The translations under genes were made by a program, and so were the position numbers. From the NCBI GenBank assembly GCA_041690135.1, contig JAWLHY010000006.1, forward strand, positions 96,001 to 160,000: 64,000 bases of DNA, given 5' to 3'. Of the stretch, positions 46,318-56,750 are shown piece by piece. Source of the stretch: Armatimonadota bacterium (GTDB lineage Bacteria > Armatimonadota > SYMT01). The notes beneath the pieces are model-generated. The model saw only the letters and a list, made by a program, of their open reading frames with translations, had not been told where the DNA came from and searched no databases. The first letter of the stretch is position 1. Each line of letters opens with the position of its first letter.

Positions 46318-48106
46318 TCCGCAGCGGCCCCTCATCGCTGACCAACGGCGCCAGCACGGGGTTCCGCAGGAGGTCTTCCAGGCGGTGGTGCTCTCCATCC
46401 ACCCACACGCACTGCTTCACCAGCCGCACCCCGTGGCTGTAGTCCACGTAGCCGGAATGATGGACGATGGTCAGGGGTTGGATCGGCTTTCCCCCGGTCC
46501 GGTGCCAGCCGTAAATCGCCACCCGGTTCGGTTTCTCCAGCAGCCGGTTGGAAAGGACCACGTCCTTCTTCGTCCCCACCACCAGTTCCCCGGGTTCCCG
46601 CAGCCCCCGCTGCGCTTCGATTCGGCGGTGGTGCTCCAAAAACGCCTTTACGCTCTCCCGGTCCTGGGTGAGAGGGAGCGGCTCCAACCGCAGCCCGGCG
46701 TGGCGGTAGAGATCATCGACGATCTTCCGCGTGGGGAGCATACAGTCCCACGCCGTCGCCACGCGCTGCGCCGCCATCGGCGTGAGAGGCACCCGGACCC
46801 AGTTCTCTTCTCCACCGAGGGCGAGATAGTCCGCCATCACTGCATAGCGGACCCGCCGCTCGTTCCCACCCGCATCGCGAGCGGTGGTTTCCACCATTAC
46901 AAAGCGACGTCCCGCCTCCGGGACGTTCCCGGACAGCAGTTCCGCGGTCAAAACCCGCTCCCGCTCCTTCACCGGAAGTGCGGCCACTTTCTCGAGGAGC
47001 ACGCTGCCACCCGCGGCCCCGGCGCACCGCTGGGGAATGACAACCCCGGATCCCCCTTCCGGGAGTTCCGCCGATGGTTGCACCCACCTCACGTAAGCCC
47101 GTGGAGGAGCGAAATCCCCCCACGCACCCACGGCAGGCGTGCCCACGGTCAACGCGTGCAGCAGCCCGTTCCACTCTCCCACCATGGTCGTGTGGAGAAT
47201 CTGGTTCTCCGGGTTGGTGTGGACCCACCAGCTAGCACCTCCCCCCAGGGCGACATACCGGTTGAGGTCTCCCTCTTTCTCCTCGGTAACCGTTCCCACC
47301 TTGCGGAAGCTCTCCAGCATCCGGTGCGACGCGCGAAAAGTGCCGCCGGTCGGGCCCACCACCGGCTTCCCGTCCAGCACAATCTTCCGATCGTCGTAGG
47401 CCAGCACCACCAGCCGCCGTCCGGCGTTCCCTTCCAGCCAGGACCGCAGACGGGCGAAATGGAGATTCGCTTCGTAAGAGTAGTTCGCGTCGAGAAAGGC
47501 GATTCGATCCACGACGGACGGAATCGCCGCCCCTCCAGTGATGTAGGAGAAAAGGAATGCTCCGCCGCCGCTGTGGCCCGTCAGGCTGACCCGCTTCACC
47601 GTTCCGGGGAGTTGAGATAGCGTTGTGTCCACCAACTCTCGGATGCACTGTCCGGCATCGGCGCGGTCTCGCCGCCATGCGGGCCAGCTCTTTCCGTCCG
47701 CCTGCACGCATGCCAGGAACACGTTCTCGTGCGGGTCCACTTCCCGCAGCCGGCGCACCTGGGCGGCCACATGCTGAATATCGTACCGCCAACTGATTCC
47801 CGGTCCCGGCCGGCACCCAAGCGATTCCGCGAGGGTGGAGCCGTTCGGGGCAGCGTAGACCACCAGCCGCGTCGGCCGCTCCGGCGCAATCCGCGCGGGA
47901 GCGTTCAATACCATCCGCATCCCGTCCGGCGTGCGGCACTCCCGAACCTGCTCGCAAAACCAGCCGTGGCGGGCCACGGTGAACCTGGAGGTGGCTTCGG
48001 GATCCCGTCGCGTCTCCCCACGCACGGCACCCATCGCCAGTGAGAGAAGCACCAACCCAACACAACAGCCCGCCCGAACACCAGTCCAGGATGCTCGATC
48101 GATCAT
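46289..48106 (-). CDS. Secreted two-domain protein with an alpha/beta-hydrolase-like N-terminal domain
   Basis: Signal peptide; GHSGGG nucleophile elbow; C-terminal domain ending AIYGWH...YVDYSHGVR; start overlaps the DUF4058 stop. Confidence 0.7.
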   Translation of the reverse strand: MIDRASWTGVRAGCCVGLVLLSLAMGAVRGETRRDPEATSRFTVARHGWFCEQVRECRTPDGMRMVLNAPARIAPERPTRLVVYAAPNGSTLAESLGCRPGPGISWRYDIQHVAAQVRRLREVDPHENVFLACVQADGKSWPAWRRDRADAGQCIRELVDTTLSQLPGTVKRVSLTGHSGGGAFLFSYITGGAAIPSVVDRIAFLDANYSYEANLHFARLRSWLEGNAGRRLVVLAYDDRKIVLDGKPVVGPTGGTFRASHRMLESFRKVGTVTEEKEGDLNRYVALGGGASWWVHTNPENQILHTTMVGEWNGLLHALTVGTPAVGAWGDFAPPRAYVRWVQPSAELPEGGSGVVIPQRCAGAAGGSVLLEKVAALPVKERERVLTAELLSGNVPEAGRRFVMVETTARDAGGNERRVRYAVMADYLALGGEENWVRVPLTPMAAQRVATAWDCMLPTRKIVDDLYRHAGLRLEPLPLTQDRESVKAFLEHHRRIEAQRGLREPGELVVGTKKDVVLSNRLLEKPNRVAIYGWHRTGGKPIQPLTIVHHSGYVDYSHGVRLVKQCVWVDGEHHRLEDLLRNPVLAPLVSDEGPLRIMEYPVEGP

Positions 48107-48882
48107 CACCGAAGGCCAGCCTCCCGCAGCCGAGTCACTGCCCACTCAGCATCTTCCGCCCGCAGTGGCGGATCAGGCGGAGTGGTGTAATCTACCCTGG
48201 ACGCATACCGTCCACGTTCGTAGACCTCCGCGTAAACCCTCCCAAACGCCACTCGTGGCTCGACTTCTCCGGGTTGGAGCGGTAACGGGAATACCGGAAT
48301 CGGGTCTCGCACCGAGAACGGAAGAAGCTGCGCTCTAGGACGCTGCGACGCCCGGCAGATGAGGACGCCGTAATCGTAATCGGCGGGACTACCCTGCGCC
48401 GGCATTCGCGGCCCGGCCCGTTGGAGGTCGATCTCCACGAGATTGGTCTCCGATGCGGTGATGGCGCCGCGCTTGAGGAGATACTCGTCCCGGCCGTTCC
48501 CCGGCAGTTTGTTTGTCGGAGACAGGATCTCAATGACGGTGACCAACTCATCCAGGCCGCCGGCGCTCCGGATCTCCAGGTACCGTTCGCGGATCGGGTT
48601 CTCGGCGGGAACCTGCACTTCCACGCCCATCTCCAGCACCGCACTGGCTGTACCGCGCTTGGAACCGGAAGGCTCCACCGCCGCCACCGCCACGTCCGGC
48701 AGCCGGATACCGTCGCTGGCGGGGCGGCTGACGGAGGTCCGCTCCTCGACCGAAACGTAATAGGCGGGCGGCAGCACCGTATCGATCAGGTCCGCCAGGC
48801 CCACGATCAGCCGGGTATGGAAGGGGTGCCAGAGCAGCGGGTTTTCCAGGTACGGATCGACGCCGGGAAATGGAGAACGCAT
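48106..48882 (-). CDS. DUF4058 family protein
   Basis: MRSPFPGVDPYLE, VTVIEILSPTNK, NLVEIDLQR. Confidence 0.88.
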   Translation of the reverse strand: MRSPFPGVDPYLENPLLWHPFHTRLIVGLADLIDTVLPPAYYVSVEERTSVSRPASDGIRLPDVAVAAVEPSGSKRGTASAVLEMGVEVQVPAENPIRERYLEIRSAGGLDELVTVIEILSPTNKLPGNGRDEYLLKRGAITASETNLVEIDLQRAGPRMPAQGSPADYDYGVLICRASQRPRAQLLPFSVRDPIPVFPLPLQPGEVEPRVAFGRVYAEVYERGRYASRVDYTTPPDPPLRAEDAEWAVTRLREAGLR

Positions 48883-48901
48883 GGGAGGACCTCCATCCCT
48901 A

Positions 48902-50524
48902 TCATAGCGGATAAGCGGGCAGCGTCGTCAGCCGCGGATCGTCCACCGCTCCACCCACGGTGAAGTGGTAGAGACTCTGGAATGCAGCATCTTGCAGGCC
49001 CAGCAACTCGTGCATCGGATCATCGAAGAAGCAGCCGATCCCTGTGGCCCGCACCCCCGTCGCCTCCGCCTCCAGATAAAGCACCTGTCCGATGACTCCG
49101 CACTCCCAGAACAACCGCGGATAGACCCAGGGACCGCACTCCCGCAGCGGCGCTTCGAACTCGGCGAGCATCCCCAGGCTGAAACAGCCGTCCACCGCGA
49201 TCTCCTGATGGCAGGAGAGACGCTGCGCCGCTGACTGCGCGTCCGCTGTCAGCAGCCGGTACAATCCCAGGTGCTCCGGGCACTCCCGCGGTTTCTCCCA
49301 TGCGAAGTCCGGCCGCAGCGCCGCCTGGAGCACGGGGAGACTGCCGGGGTTCCGCACGAGCAGGTAGAGTCCGGGCTCCACGTCTTGAACCCGGTGGACG
49401 AACAACGCCAGGTGCACCCGCGGCTCCCAGGGCAGCGTGCGGAACGGCACCTGGTCCGGACCGGGAAGCGTCTTGAGGAGAATCTGGTAGAACGCGGCGC
49501 GGGTGATGCCGGTGCGACCGTCCATGTCCACCGCGCTCCGTCGCTGCCGGATGATCCGCCGCAGCGGCACCAGCGACTCTTCTACCTTCAGCCGTGGTGT
49601 GATCGAAGCACGCTTCTCACCCGTGGAGAGAGTATTCGGCTTCCAGGCGGCGTGAGCGACGGCATCGATGCCCGGCCAGTCCACGTGCTCCTCGCTCAGC
49701 CGGTTAGGCCGCCCCCGCCACTCCAGGGAACCGAACCGGTCGACGACCGCCGCGGAAAACCCAAGCCGCTCCCCATCGAACGCCTCGGGGGAAAGCGCGA
49801 GGAGGCAGTCCGGGTGCTCGGTCTCTGCTTCCGAGACTTCCCAGAGCCCCAGCAGCCGCCGGATCTGCTCGGACCCCAGTCCATCCAGCAGCCGTGTTCT
49901 CCACCCTAGCCCGGCCGCGGCGATTGCCACCGCACCGATGGCATGCCCCACGTCGTGCTGACAGTACCGGTAGGCGCGCAGCCCATACTTCCACGCTTCC
50001 CGCCAGTGGATCGACGAGAGCCCCACCAGAACCACGGGATCCGGCAGGCCGGCTGTGAGCGCCTCCCAGTCCTCTCGGAGCACCTCGGTGCGGATCTCCA
50101 GCGCGTGCTCCCGCGGTGCGTAATGTGCGACGATCGGGGTGCGACAAACGCCCTCCACGGGTCCCGACAGCAGGTACCCCTCGGTGGGATGCAGGTTGCC
50201 GCTGGAGGGATTGACTCGCAGCGCCCAGCGACTCCCGCCAGCCTGCTTCCAGGCGGAGAGCGCCAGGCTGTCGAAGAAGAGTTGCGAGACAAACGCCCGG
50301 TCCAGCGTGGCCGGCGGCAGGCAGCCTTCCAGGAACGCCGGCTCGTAACGCGGCATCTCCGTGGGAGGCACCCGATCGAGCGGAACCAGGGGCGCCCCCG
50401 CGTATCGCCGGAAAGGATCCGGCTGATTCGCCCAGTCGAGATACCCCGGCCCCGGTGCGTACCGGTGGAAATCGTGCTTACTCTGCTGGTGATACTCCAG
50501 CACTCTCCTCAGATCAGTTTCCAT
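48902..50524 (-). CDS. SagB/ThcOx-family nitroreductase-fold dehydrogenase with two domains
   Basis: YHQQSKH, LDWANQPDPFR, LRVNPSSGNLHPTE, WREAWKYG, RQRRSA, GIGCFFDD. Confidence 0.88.
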   Translation of the reverse strand: METDLRRVLEYHQQSKHDFHRYAPGPGYLDWANQPDPFRRYAGAPLVPLDRVPPTEMPRYEPAFLEGCLPPATLDRAFVSQLFFDSLALSAWKQAGGSRWALRVNPSSGNLHPTEGYLLSGPVEGVCRTPIVAHYAPREHALEIRTEVLREDWEALTAGLPDPVVLVGLSSIHWREAWKYGLRAYRYCQHDVGHAIGAVAIAAAGLGWRTRLLDGLGSEQIRRLLGLWEVSEAETEHPDCLLALSPEAFDGERLGFSAAVVDRFGSLEWRGRPNRLSEEHVDWPGIDAVAHAAWKPNTLSTGEKRASITPRLKVEESLVPLRRIIRQRRSAVDMDGRTGITRAAFYQILLKTLPGPDQVPFRTLPWEPRVHLALFVHRVQDVEPGLYLLVRNPGSLPVLQAALRPDFAWEKPRECPEHLGLYRLLTADAQSAAQRLSCHQEIAVDGCFSLGMLAEFEAPLRECGPWVYPRLFWECGVIGQVLYLEAEATGVRATGIGCFFDDPMHELLGLQDAAFQSLYHFTVGGAVDDPRLTTLPAYPL

Positions 50525-50768
50525 GCCGGTTCAGTGTACCCCGCAGGCCCGAAATCGCCCTTTCCACCGCCTCGCAACCATCTCCCCAGTTCCCACCCCG
50601 CCAACCCTACCCCCGGCCTGCTCCATGTCATCCCGTACAGCGTGAAGGATCTCCTTGCGACCCTGCCCCAGCCACCCGTCCTGCCAACTCAACACCCGCC
50701 TTGCCCCCACCCCTTGCGTTCACCGACCCCGCACCCCGCGCCGAATACCAACCACCACCCTGCCCCCT

Positions 50769-50820
50769 GTGGGAGTCCGGACACTCGTCCGGCGCTTCGC
50801 GACTTTGCCCCCGGATCCCG
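50769..50820 (+). repeat. REP-like element, family B
   Basis: GTGGGAGT-CCGGAC-actc-GTCCGG-CGCTTCGCG...CCGGATCCCG; related copies at 56686-56750 and 63774-63816 (minus). Confidence 0.65.
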
Positions 50821-50997
50821 CCTCGCCAACCCCATTTCCCATCAAGTTTCGGTCGCTACAACCATCGACCCCGGCGCCCGTTATGGCCAAACATCGACTC
50901 CCACAACACCCTGCCCTCCTCGTAAGCACTACAGGAACCACGAGGCCACCTGCGGAAGTTAAAGCCACACACTTTACCAACGCCTCTCGGGACCCAA

Positions 50998-51420
50998 ATG
51001 CCGCGCCTCACCCCTTCCGAAAGCCAGACGACGCAGACCACACCCCCATCGGATACTACCGCCACCTCCCGAGCGGAACAGTTGGACCACGCTCGACAAC
51101 AGGATCGCCAGTGGCGCGCAGCCCGCGAGCGCAGCGTCCGCGGCCAGGTACACTGGCTCGACACCCTCCCCCATCGCTCATCTCGCAAGGTCTTCTGGAG
51201 CGTGTTCTTCGGTATTCCGCTCTTCCTTTACCTTCTGAACCTGGCGGGTGTCGTCGAGCTGGGGTCTCCATCGCTGTCACTCAAGACGTTGCCCGCTCTT
51301 TACCTGGTAGCCTGGGCTGCCACCGCCACCTGGCGCGCGGCCGTATCCCTCGCTTCCACGTCCGTACGCCGGATCGTCATCCGCCGCGCCCGCAACGCCG
51401 GCGTCGAAGTCGAAGAATGA
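50998..51420 (+). CDS. Hypothetical membrane protein
   Basis: Two hydrophobic segments; start uncertain. Confidence 0.45.
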   Translation: MPRLTPSESQTTQTTPPSDTTATSRAEQLDHARQQDRQWRAARERSVRGQVHWLDTLPHRSSRKVFWSVFFGIPLFLYLLNLAGVVELGSPSLSLKTLPALYLVAWAATATWRAAVSLASTSVRRIVIRRARNAGVEVEE

Positions 51421-51647
51421 CCCCGGCAGTCGCTTTGACTAAACAAAACCGCAGAAGTCAGGTCGCCATCGGGACCCGCGACGGGCTGAAGCCGCGCCGC
51501 TCCCGTTACCCTACGGGGTGCCCGCCTTCGCGGGCACAGTCCGGCGAGGAGATGGGCACCCTGATCAGCGGTTCTGTTTAGGGATCCAGCATCAGGGCGT
51601 ACCGGGTTCCATTCGTGACCGTGATCGGTCCCCTCTCCACCCTCCAC

Positions 51648-51673
51648 CCTCATCATAATCCTCATCCTAATCC
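51648..51673. repeat. Hexamer array
   Basis: cctcat cataat cctcat cctaat cc. Confidence 0.7.
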
Positions 51674-51728
51674 GCCCCAGTACGGTAGACTTCCTCAGCC
51701 AGCCTCCTGCACATAAGGTAGCCGCCCC

Positions 51729-53000
51729 ATGTCCTCCGCCTTTGGTTCCCGCCGATCGTTCCTGAAAGCCGCCGCCGGTGTCGCCGGCGCCGCCGCCCTC
51801 ACCGATACCGCTTCCGAAGCCACTGCCGCTCCCTCGGAAGGCACCCTCATGTGCTACGTGGGAACCTTCAGCTCACCCCTGCGGGACGTGCTGCCCACCC
51901 AGGTCGACCTGCCCCCCGGCAACGGCCGGGGCATCCACCTGTTCGAAGTGAACCGGGAGACGGGCGTGCTGCGGCCGGCCGGGATCCACGAAATGGGCAC
52001 GAGCCCGAGCTGCCTCGCGCTGAACACCGCCGGGACCCGCCTCTATTCGGCCAACGAGACCGACCGCGTCGGCCCGGAGAAGGTCGGAACCGTCACCGCC
52101 TTCTCCATCAACCCGGCAGATGGACAACTGACACCCCTCAACACCGTCCGCTCCGGCGGCGCCGGGCCCACGTATGTGAGCGTCCACCCCTCGGGCAGGC
52201 ACCTCCTGGTGGCCAACTACTTCGGCGGCTCCGTTGCAGTGCTGCCGATCCTCCCGGATGGCCGCCTGGGCGAGGCGACCGACGTCAAGCTGGATGAAGG
52301 CTCCGTCGGCCCGACCCGCGCCCCGCACGCCCCTCCCGGCAGCTTTGCCTTCAGCGGCCACGACCGCACCCACGCCCACCAGATCCATGCCGATCCCTCC
52401 GGCCGCTTTGTGCTGCACGTGGACCTGGGCCAGGACCGGATCTACGTCTGGAAGTTCGACTCGGCCAGGGGCACCCTCTCACCCGCCGCCACCCCCTTCG
52501 TTTCCCTACCCCCCGGCGACGGACCGCGGCACTTCCACTTCCACCCCAACGGCAAATGGTTCTACTCCATCCAGGAAGAGGGCTCTACGCTCGTCTTGTT
52601 CGACTGGGACGGCGATACCGGCAAGCTCACGGCCCGCCAGACGATCTCCACCCTCCCGCCGGGCTACGCGGGCAGCAACTTCTGCTCGGAGATCCTGGTC
52701 TCCGAAGACGGCAAGTTCGTCTACGCCGGCAACCGCCTCCACGACAGCATCGGCATCTTCTCCGTGGGCCGCGACGGCCGCCTCAAGCACCTGGCGGATG
52801 AATGGACCCGCGGCAACTACCCTCGCAGTTTCACCTTCACCCCGGACGGACAGTTCCTCTACTGCTGCAACCAGCGCGCGGACCACGTCACCGTCTTCCG
52901 GGTCAACCGCCGCACCGGCGCCCTCAAGTTCACCGGCCACTACGTTCCCGTGGGCAACCCTTCCCACATCGTCTTCCTCAACCTGCCAAAGCGACCCTGA
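51729..53000 (+). CDS. Lactonase family protein (6-phosphogluconolactonase-like), Tat-exported
   Basis: SRRSFLK Tat motif; LVANY, HAHQ, GDGPRH, GNR, PRSF. Confidence 0.9.
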   Translation: MSSAFGSRRSFLKAAAGVAGAAALTDTASEATAAPSEGTLMCYVGTFSSPLRDVLPTQVDLPPGNGRGIHLFEVNRETGVLRPAGIHEMGTSPSCLALNTAGTRLYSANETDRVGPEKVGTVTAFSINPADGQLTPLNTVRSGGAGPTYVSVHPSGRHLLVANYFGGSVAVLPILPDGRLGEATDVKLDEGSVGPTRAPHAPPGSFAFSGHDRTHAHQIHADPSGRFVLHVDLGQDRIYVWKFDSARGTLSPAATPFVSLPPGDGPRHFHFHPNGKWFYSIQEEGSTLVLFDWDGDTGKLTARQTISTLPPGYAGSNFCSEILVSEDGKFVYAGNRLHDSIGIFSVGRDGRLKHLADEWTRGNYPRSFTFTPDGQFLYCCNQRADHVTVFRVNRRTGALKFTGHYVPVGNPSHIVFLNLPKRP

Positions 53001-53298
53001 GTTCGTTTCACAGTTACCAGGGTGCGACTTCGACACAGAGGGACACGAGAGGGAGACAGAGCGGACACAGACGCCGCACTGGGGCTCGACACGGATGTCA
53101 CGGGTGGAGCGGGGCGGCCCGGATGAAGTGTTAGGGACGAATTCCAAGAGCCCGCCGCCCGCCACGGAATGAAAGACTGCGCCCACTACAGAGTGAAATC
53201 CCTTCGGGGCTTGCGCGACACACTACCGGTGCCTATCTGTGCAATTACTTCCCCGCCCCCTTTGATACGCGCGTTCCACGATCCCTGAGGGAAAGCTC

Positions 53299-53928
53299 AT
53301 GTTCCATTCTCATTTGTCTATCCAGTTCAGCCGAGTGCTCTTGTTCCGCGCTGCCTTGGCCCTGCTGCTTGCCCCCACCGCCGCCCGGGCCGAGCAGTTC
53401 GTCCTGTTCGACGTCACCTTCCCCTTCAGCAAGATGGATGCGGACACGTCCACCCCCAGCAAGTCCCACTACTACGTCAAGGGAGACGCCCTCAACCCCA
53501 AACGGCCAAAGGACTGGACCAGCCCCGTCGACTACCGCAACGGTACCGTCCACATCCGTATCGAGGTGCTCGACGCGCCGGAGAACGGCGAGCCCACCAT
53601 CTGGAACCTCTGCTACATCCCCAACAAGGGCCAGGGTAACGGCTACGGCTGCACCGCCACTCCCCTCTATACCGGCAAGGGCGTCTACGAGAAGGACGTC
53701 TCCATGAAGTCGTTCTGGCAGAACGATGCCATCATCTGGACCGAAGGTATCAAGCAGATGGACCTGGTGATCAAGGACAAGAACAATCTCCACGCCCACA
53801 AGCGCCCCGACCCGGAGAAGTTCTTCCCCACCCGGGTGCGCATTACCATGGTCCAGGTCTCCGCCGGCTCCAAGTACGATCCCAAGCTCGTCCCCAACCT
53901 CCCCCAGAACTCCACCCCCGCAAAATAA
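53299..53928 (+). CDS. Secreted hypothetical protein
   Basis: Signal peptide ending ARA-EQF; very high GC3 codon bias. Confidence 0.7.
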   Translation: MFHSHLSIQFSRVLLFRAALALLLAPTAARAEQFVLFDVTFPFSKMDADTSTPSKSHYYVKGDALNPKRPKDWTSPVDYRNGTVHIRIEVLDAPENGEPTIWNLCYIPNKGQGNGYGCTATPLYTGKGVYEKDVSMKSFWQNDAIIWTEGIKQMDLVIKDKNNLHAHKRPDPEKFFPTRVRITMVQVSAGSKYDPKLVPNLPQNSTPAK

Positions 53929-54012
53929 CGGGCATCCCAGCCCGCCTCCCTGGCTCTCGCGAGGCGCCGGCCCCCACGGCGCCTCCCGTCCCGCTAATCC
54001 CACCACCGGCGA

Positions 54013-54201
54013 GGCCCTTAGTGTGGACTCGCCGATTGCATCGGCGCCTGGCGACCCTGCCCCCGCCACCCGTCCCGCCAACCCCACCGCCGCCGAGGCC
54101 CCGTCCCTCGCGGCCTCTACCCCCAGCCTCTCGTCTTGACAACCCAACACCCGTCTCGCCTTTTAGTGTGGACTCGCCGATTGCCTCGGCGCCTCGCGAT
54201 C
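54013..54201 (+). repeat. Two direct copies of REP-like family A
   Basis: TTAGTGTGGACT-CGCCGA-ttgca-TCGGCG within 54013-54060, and a near-identical copy (loop ttgcc) at 54163-54201. Confidence 0.8.
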
Positions 54202-54734
54202 TGGAACTCGGATCCCGCGGCGCCCCTCACTGCATCTCCGGCTCACCGAACCACCGCAGGCCAGCCGTCGGGGCTGGCCCCTTGTGGCTCCCCCTGGGGG
54301 GAGCGGCTTAAGCCGAGGGGGAGACGACCGTTCACGCCCGGCCGAAGGAACCGTGCCCGTCCCTCTCGCGGGAAGCGTTACTGCCAGGGGCTATCTTCCC
54401 TTTGAACCTCTGCGCCCCCCTTCGCGACTCCACGCTTTGGCACGAGATTTTCCACTCCCCTTCCCTCCCCTTTTCCGTATCATTGCGCATGCTCCGCGGA
54501 CAACTCTCCCTTTTCCCCCTCGCGCCCTTTGCGTCTGCGGTATGCGCTGCGCCGCCGCACGCAAGGGAAAAACGATCCCGCATAGGCCCGCCTTCCGGTT
54601 GCGGCGAGTCCGTGGCGCACAACGAGGTGGGGAGCATCTATGCTTGACCCCGATCCACCGGCCGAGGGCAGGAATCGGCCTCTCAAAGATGAAAGGGTCA
54701 GAGATCATGTGAGCCGTGTGAGAAGCAGGTACTG

Positions 54735-56618
54735 ATGAAAACCCTTACGGTTGTCATGCTCCTTGCCTGGGGAGGAATGCTCATCGGCAACGCCCGGTGC
54801 TTGGGGGCGGATGCCCCCTCCCGCGAGACGCTGGGCCGCCAGGTGAAGCTGAGAATCCTGGTGGACAAGGTGATGCAGCCCGAAGAGGGCTGGACCACCC
54901 AGGAATGGATGGTAAAGGAGACCGCGGGCGCAGGCTTCAACGTGCTCTCGCCCCGTCGCGGCTACGAGAACTTGGACGAGGTGCGCCAGGTGGCGGAGTG
55001 GTGCCGGAAGTACGGCATTTACTATATGCCCTGGATGCGGGGTTCCCTGAGCGCGCCGGATGGCCCCCAGGCAGACGGGAAACGCCTGGTGCGGGCCTCG
55101 GGGAAGGAACAGGCTCTCTATAGCCCCAACGCGGACGAGTTCTGGGAGTGGACCCAGCGCTACATCCTGGAGTATGCGCGGATCAGCGCCCGCAACCGGA
55201 ACCTGATGGGCGTCTTCCTCGACTACGAGAACTATGCCCCCGGCAAGGCCGGCGACTGCTACGATCTGTCCTACGACGAGATCATTCTGGGAAAGTTCGC
55301 GAAAGCCAGAAGTATTGCGCTGCCCCGGTTGGAGCCAGCCCGGCGAAAGGTCTGGCTGGACGAGCTCGGACTGCACGAAGAATTCCGCACGTTCCAGATC
55401 AACCACTGGCGCGAGCGCTGCCGGGCTCTCCGGCGGGCCGTCGACGCCATCGATCCGACGTTCCAGCTCTGCATCTACCCGGCGCCAGGTACGCCCTTCG
55501 TGGTCGAGGCCTGCTACCCGGAGTGGTCGAGCAAACGCGCCCCCATCATCCTCGCGGACCCCTGGGTCTACGGCCGTCCTTCGCGCTTCATGCCGCAGCG
55601 CGAGGCCCTGGAAGAGAATCGCCGGAAGCTGCTGCGCGGTCGGGAGGTACCGGAGAAGGCCGGTATTCCGTTTATCTATGTTGGAGGCGTCGACCCGGTG
55701 GTCACCGGCGCCGACCCGGAGTTCTCCGGGAAGAACGCCGTTATGCTCTCGGACACCGCCCACGGCTACTGGGTCTTCTACGAGGGCCCCACCTACACCA
55801 AGCAGGACCATCGTGACTACTGGAAGTGGTTCACCTGGGCCAACAACGCCATCGCTGCCGCGAATCTCAAGGCCTGGCACGAGCCCCGGCAGACGCCGGG
55901 GGACTCCCCGCTCGCCGCCTTGAGGAGCGAGGCCGGACAACTGCGGGCGGTGGAGCCAGCCACCCATGGGGTGAAGGTGGAGATCCCCGCGGTGCGACTG
56001 CGTGGGGAGAACCGGATGGTGCTTAGCTGCAAGGCAGGAACGCCGGTGGAAGTTGTGCTGGGCAACCACCCCGTTAGCGAGACCCTGTCGCTGCTCGTCT
56101 GGGAACTGTACAGTCCAACGCTGGCAAAAATTGCTGGCGGTACAATTCCCGCCAGACAAGCAGGTGCCGTGCGCTTTACACCAAAATCCGACGGCATCTA
56201 CATCCTCGGGACTTCGGCGGGGCGCTGCGCCTACTCGGTGACGAGCGCTAACATCCCGATCGGTCTCTTCACGGGCGATGGGGTCTCGCTCATTCACGAG
56301 GCCCGCCGCCTCTACTTCCACGTTCCGGCAGGCGTCCGGGAGTTCACGGTAGTCGGGCGCGGCGGTGGCGGGGAAACGGTCCGAGTAAATGTATTCGACC
56401 CGCGCGGCAACCGCGCGGCAACCGGTCAGACCACCCTCCAACAAAGCCGGATCGAAGTCACCGTGCCGGTCGGCGCCGATGGCGGAAAGAGGTGGTCGGT
56501 GGAGGTTACCCGAGCGGACGCAGGGACGCTGGAGGACAGCCGGATCTGGCTGGATCCGAAGCTCCCGCCCATCCTATCGCTGGTACAAGAGCACGCCTTC
56601 CAGCGCAGCGGGCACTAA
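54735..56618 (+). CDS. Secreted hypothetical protein, probable glycoside-hydrolase-like barrel plus C-terminal beta-sandwich domains
   Basis: Signal peptide; AGFNV, GIYYMPW, GVFLDYENY patterns; family assignment is inference only. Confidence 0.65.
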   Translation: MKTLTVVMLLAWGGMLIGNARCLGADAPSRETLGRQVKLRILVDKVMQPEEGWTTQEWMVKETAGAGFNVLSPRRGYENLDEVRQVAEWCRKYGIYYMPWMRGSLSAPDGPQADGKRLVRASGKEQALYSPNADEFWEWTQRYILEYARISARNRNLMGVFLDYENYAPGKAGDCYDLSYDEIILGKFAKARSIALPRLEPARRKVWLDELGLHEEFRTFQINHWRERCRALRRAVDAIDPTFQLCIYPAPGTPFVVEACYPEWSSKRAPIILADPWVYGRPSRFMPQREALEENRRKLLRGREVPEKAGIPFIYVGGVDPVVTGADPEFSGKNAVMLSDTAHGYWVFYEGPTYTKQDHRDYWKWFTWANNAIAAANLKAWHEPRQTPGDSPLAALRSEAGQLRAVEPATHGVKVEIPAVRLRGENRMVLSCKAGTPVEVVLGNHPVSETLSLLVWELYSPTLAKIAGGTIPARQAGAVRFTPKSDGIYILGTSAGRCAYSVTSANIPIGLFTGDGVSLIHEARRLYFHVPAGVREFTVVGRGGGGETVRVNVFDPRGNRAATGQTTLQQSRIEVTVPVGADGGKRWSVEVTRADAGTLEDSRIWLDPKLPPILSLVQEHAFQRSGH

Positions 56619-56685
56619 CGGTGAGCTTCGGGGATAGAAACGGACTCCGCGCCCCGTGCTGCCTACCAACCTTCACCGGGCTCCA

Positions 56686-56750
56686 GTGGGAGTCCGGACA
56701 CCCGGGTGCCCTTTGGGCGGGGCGCTTCGCGTCCTTGCCTCCGGATCCCG
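56686..56750 (+). repeat. REP-like element, family B, with an internal insertion
   Basis: Same ends as 50769-50820, but the centre is replaced by ccgggtgccctttgggcgg. Confidence 0.6.

Noticed and set aside
48902-50524. RiPP (azole) biosynthetic cluster around the SagB-like gene
   Set aside because: No YcaO, precursor peptide or exporter nearby; two-domain SagB-like nitroreductases commonly stand alone.
54640-54705. Glycine-riboswitch-like words upstream of the gene at 54735
   Set aside because: Only a loose resemblance; the GGAGA, CCGAAG and CTCTCAGG core elements are not properly present.
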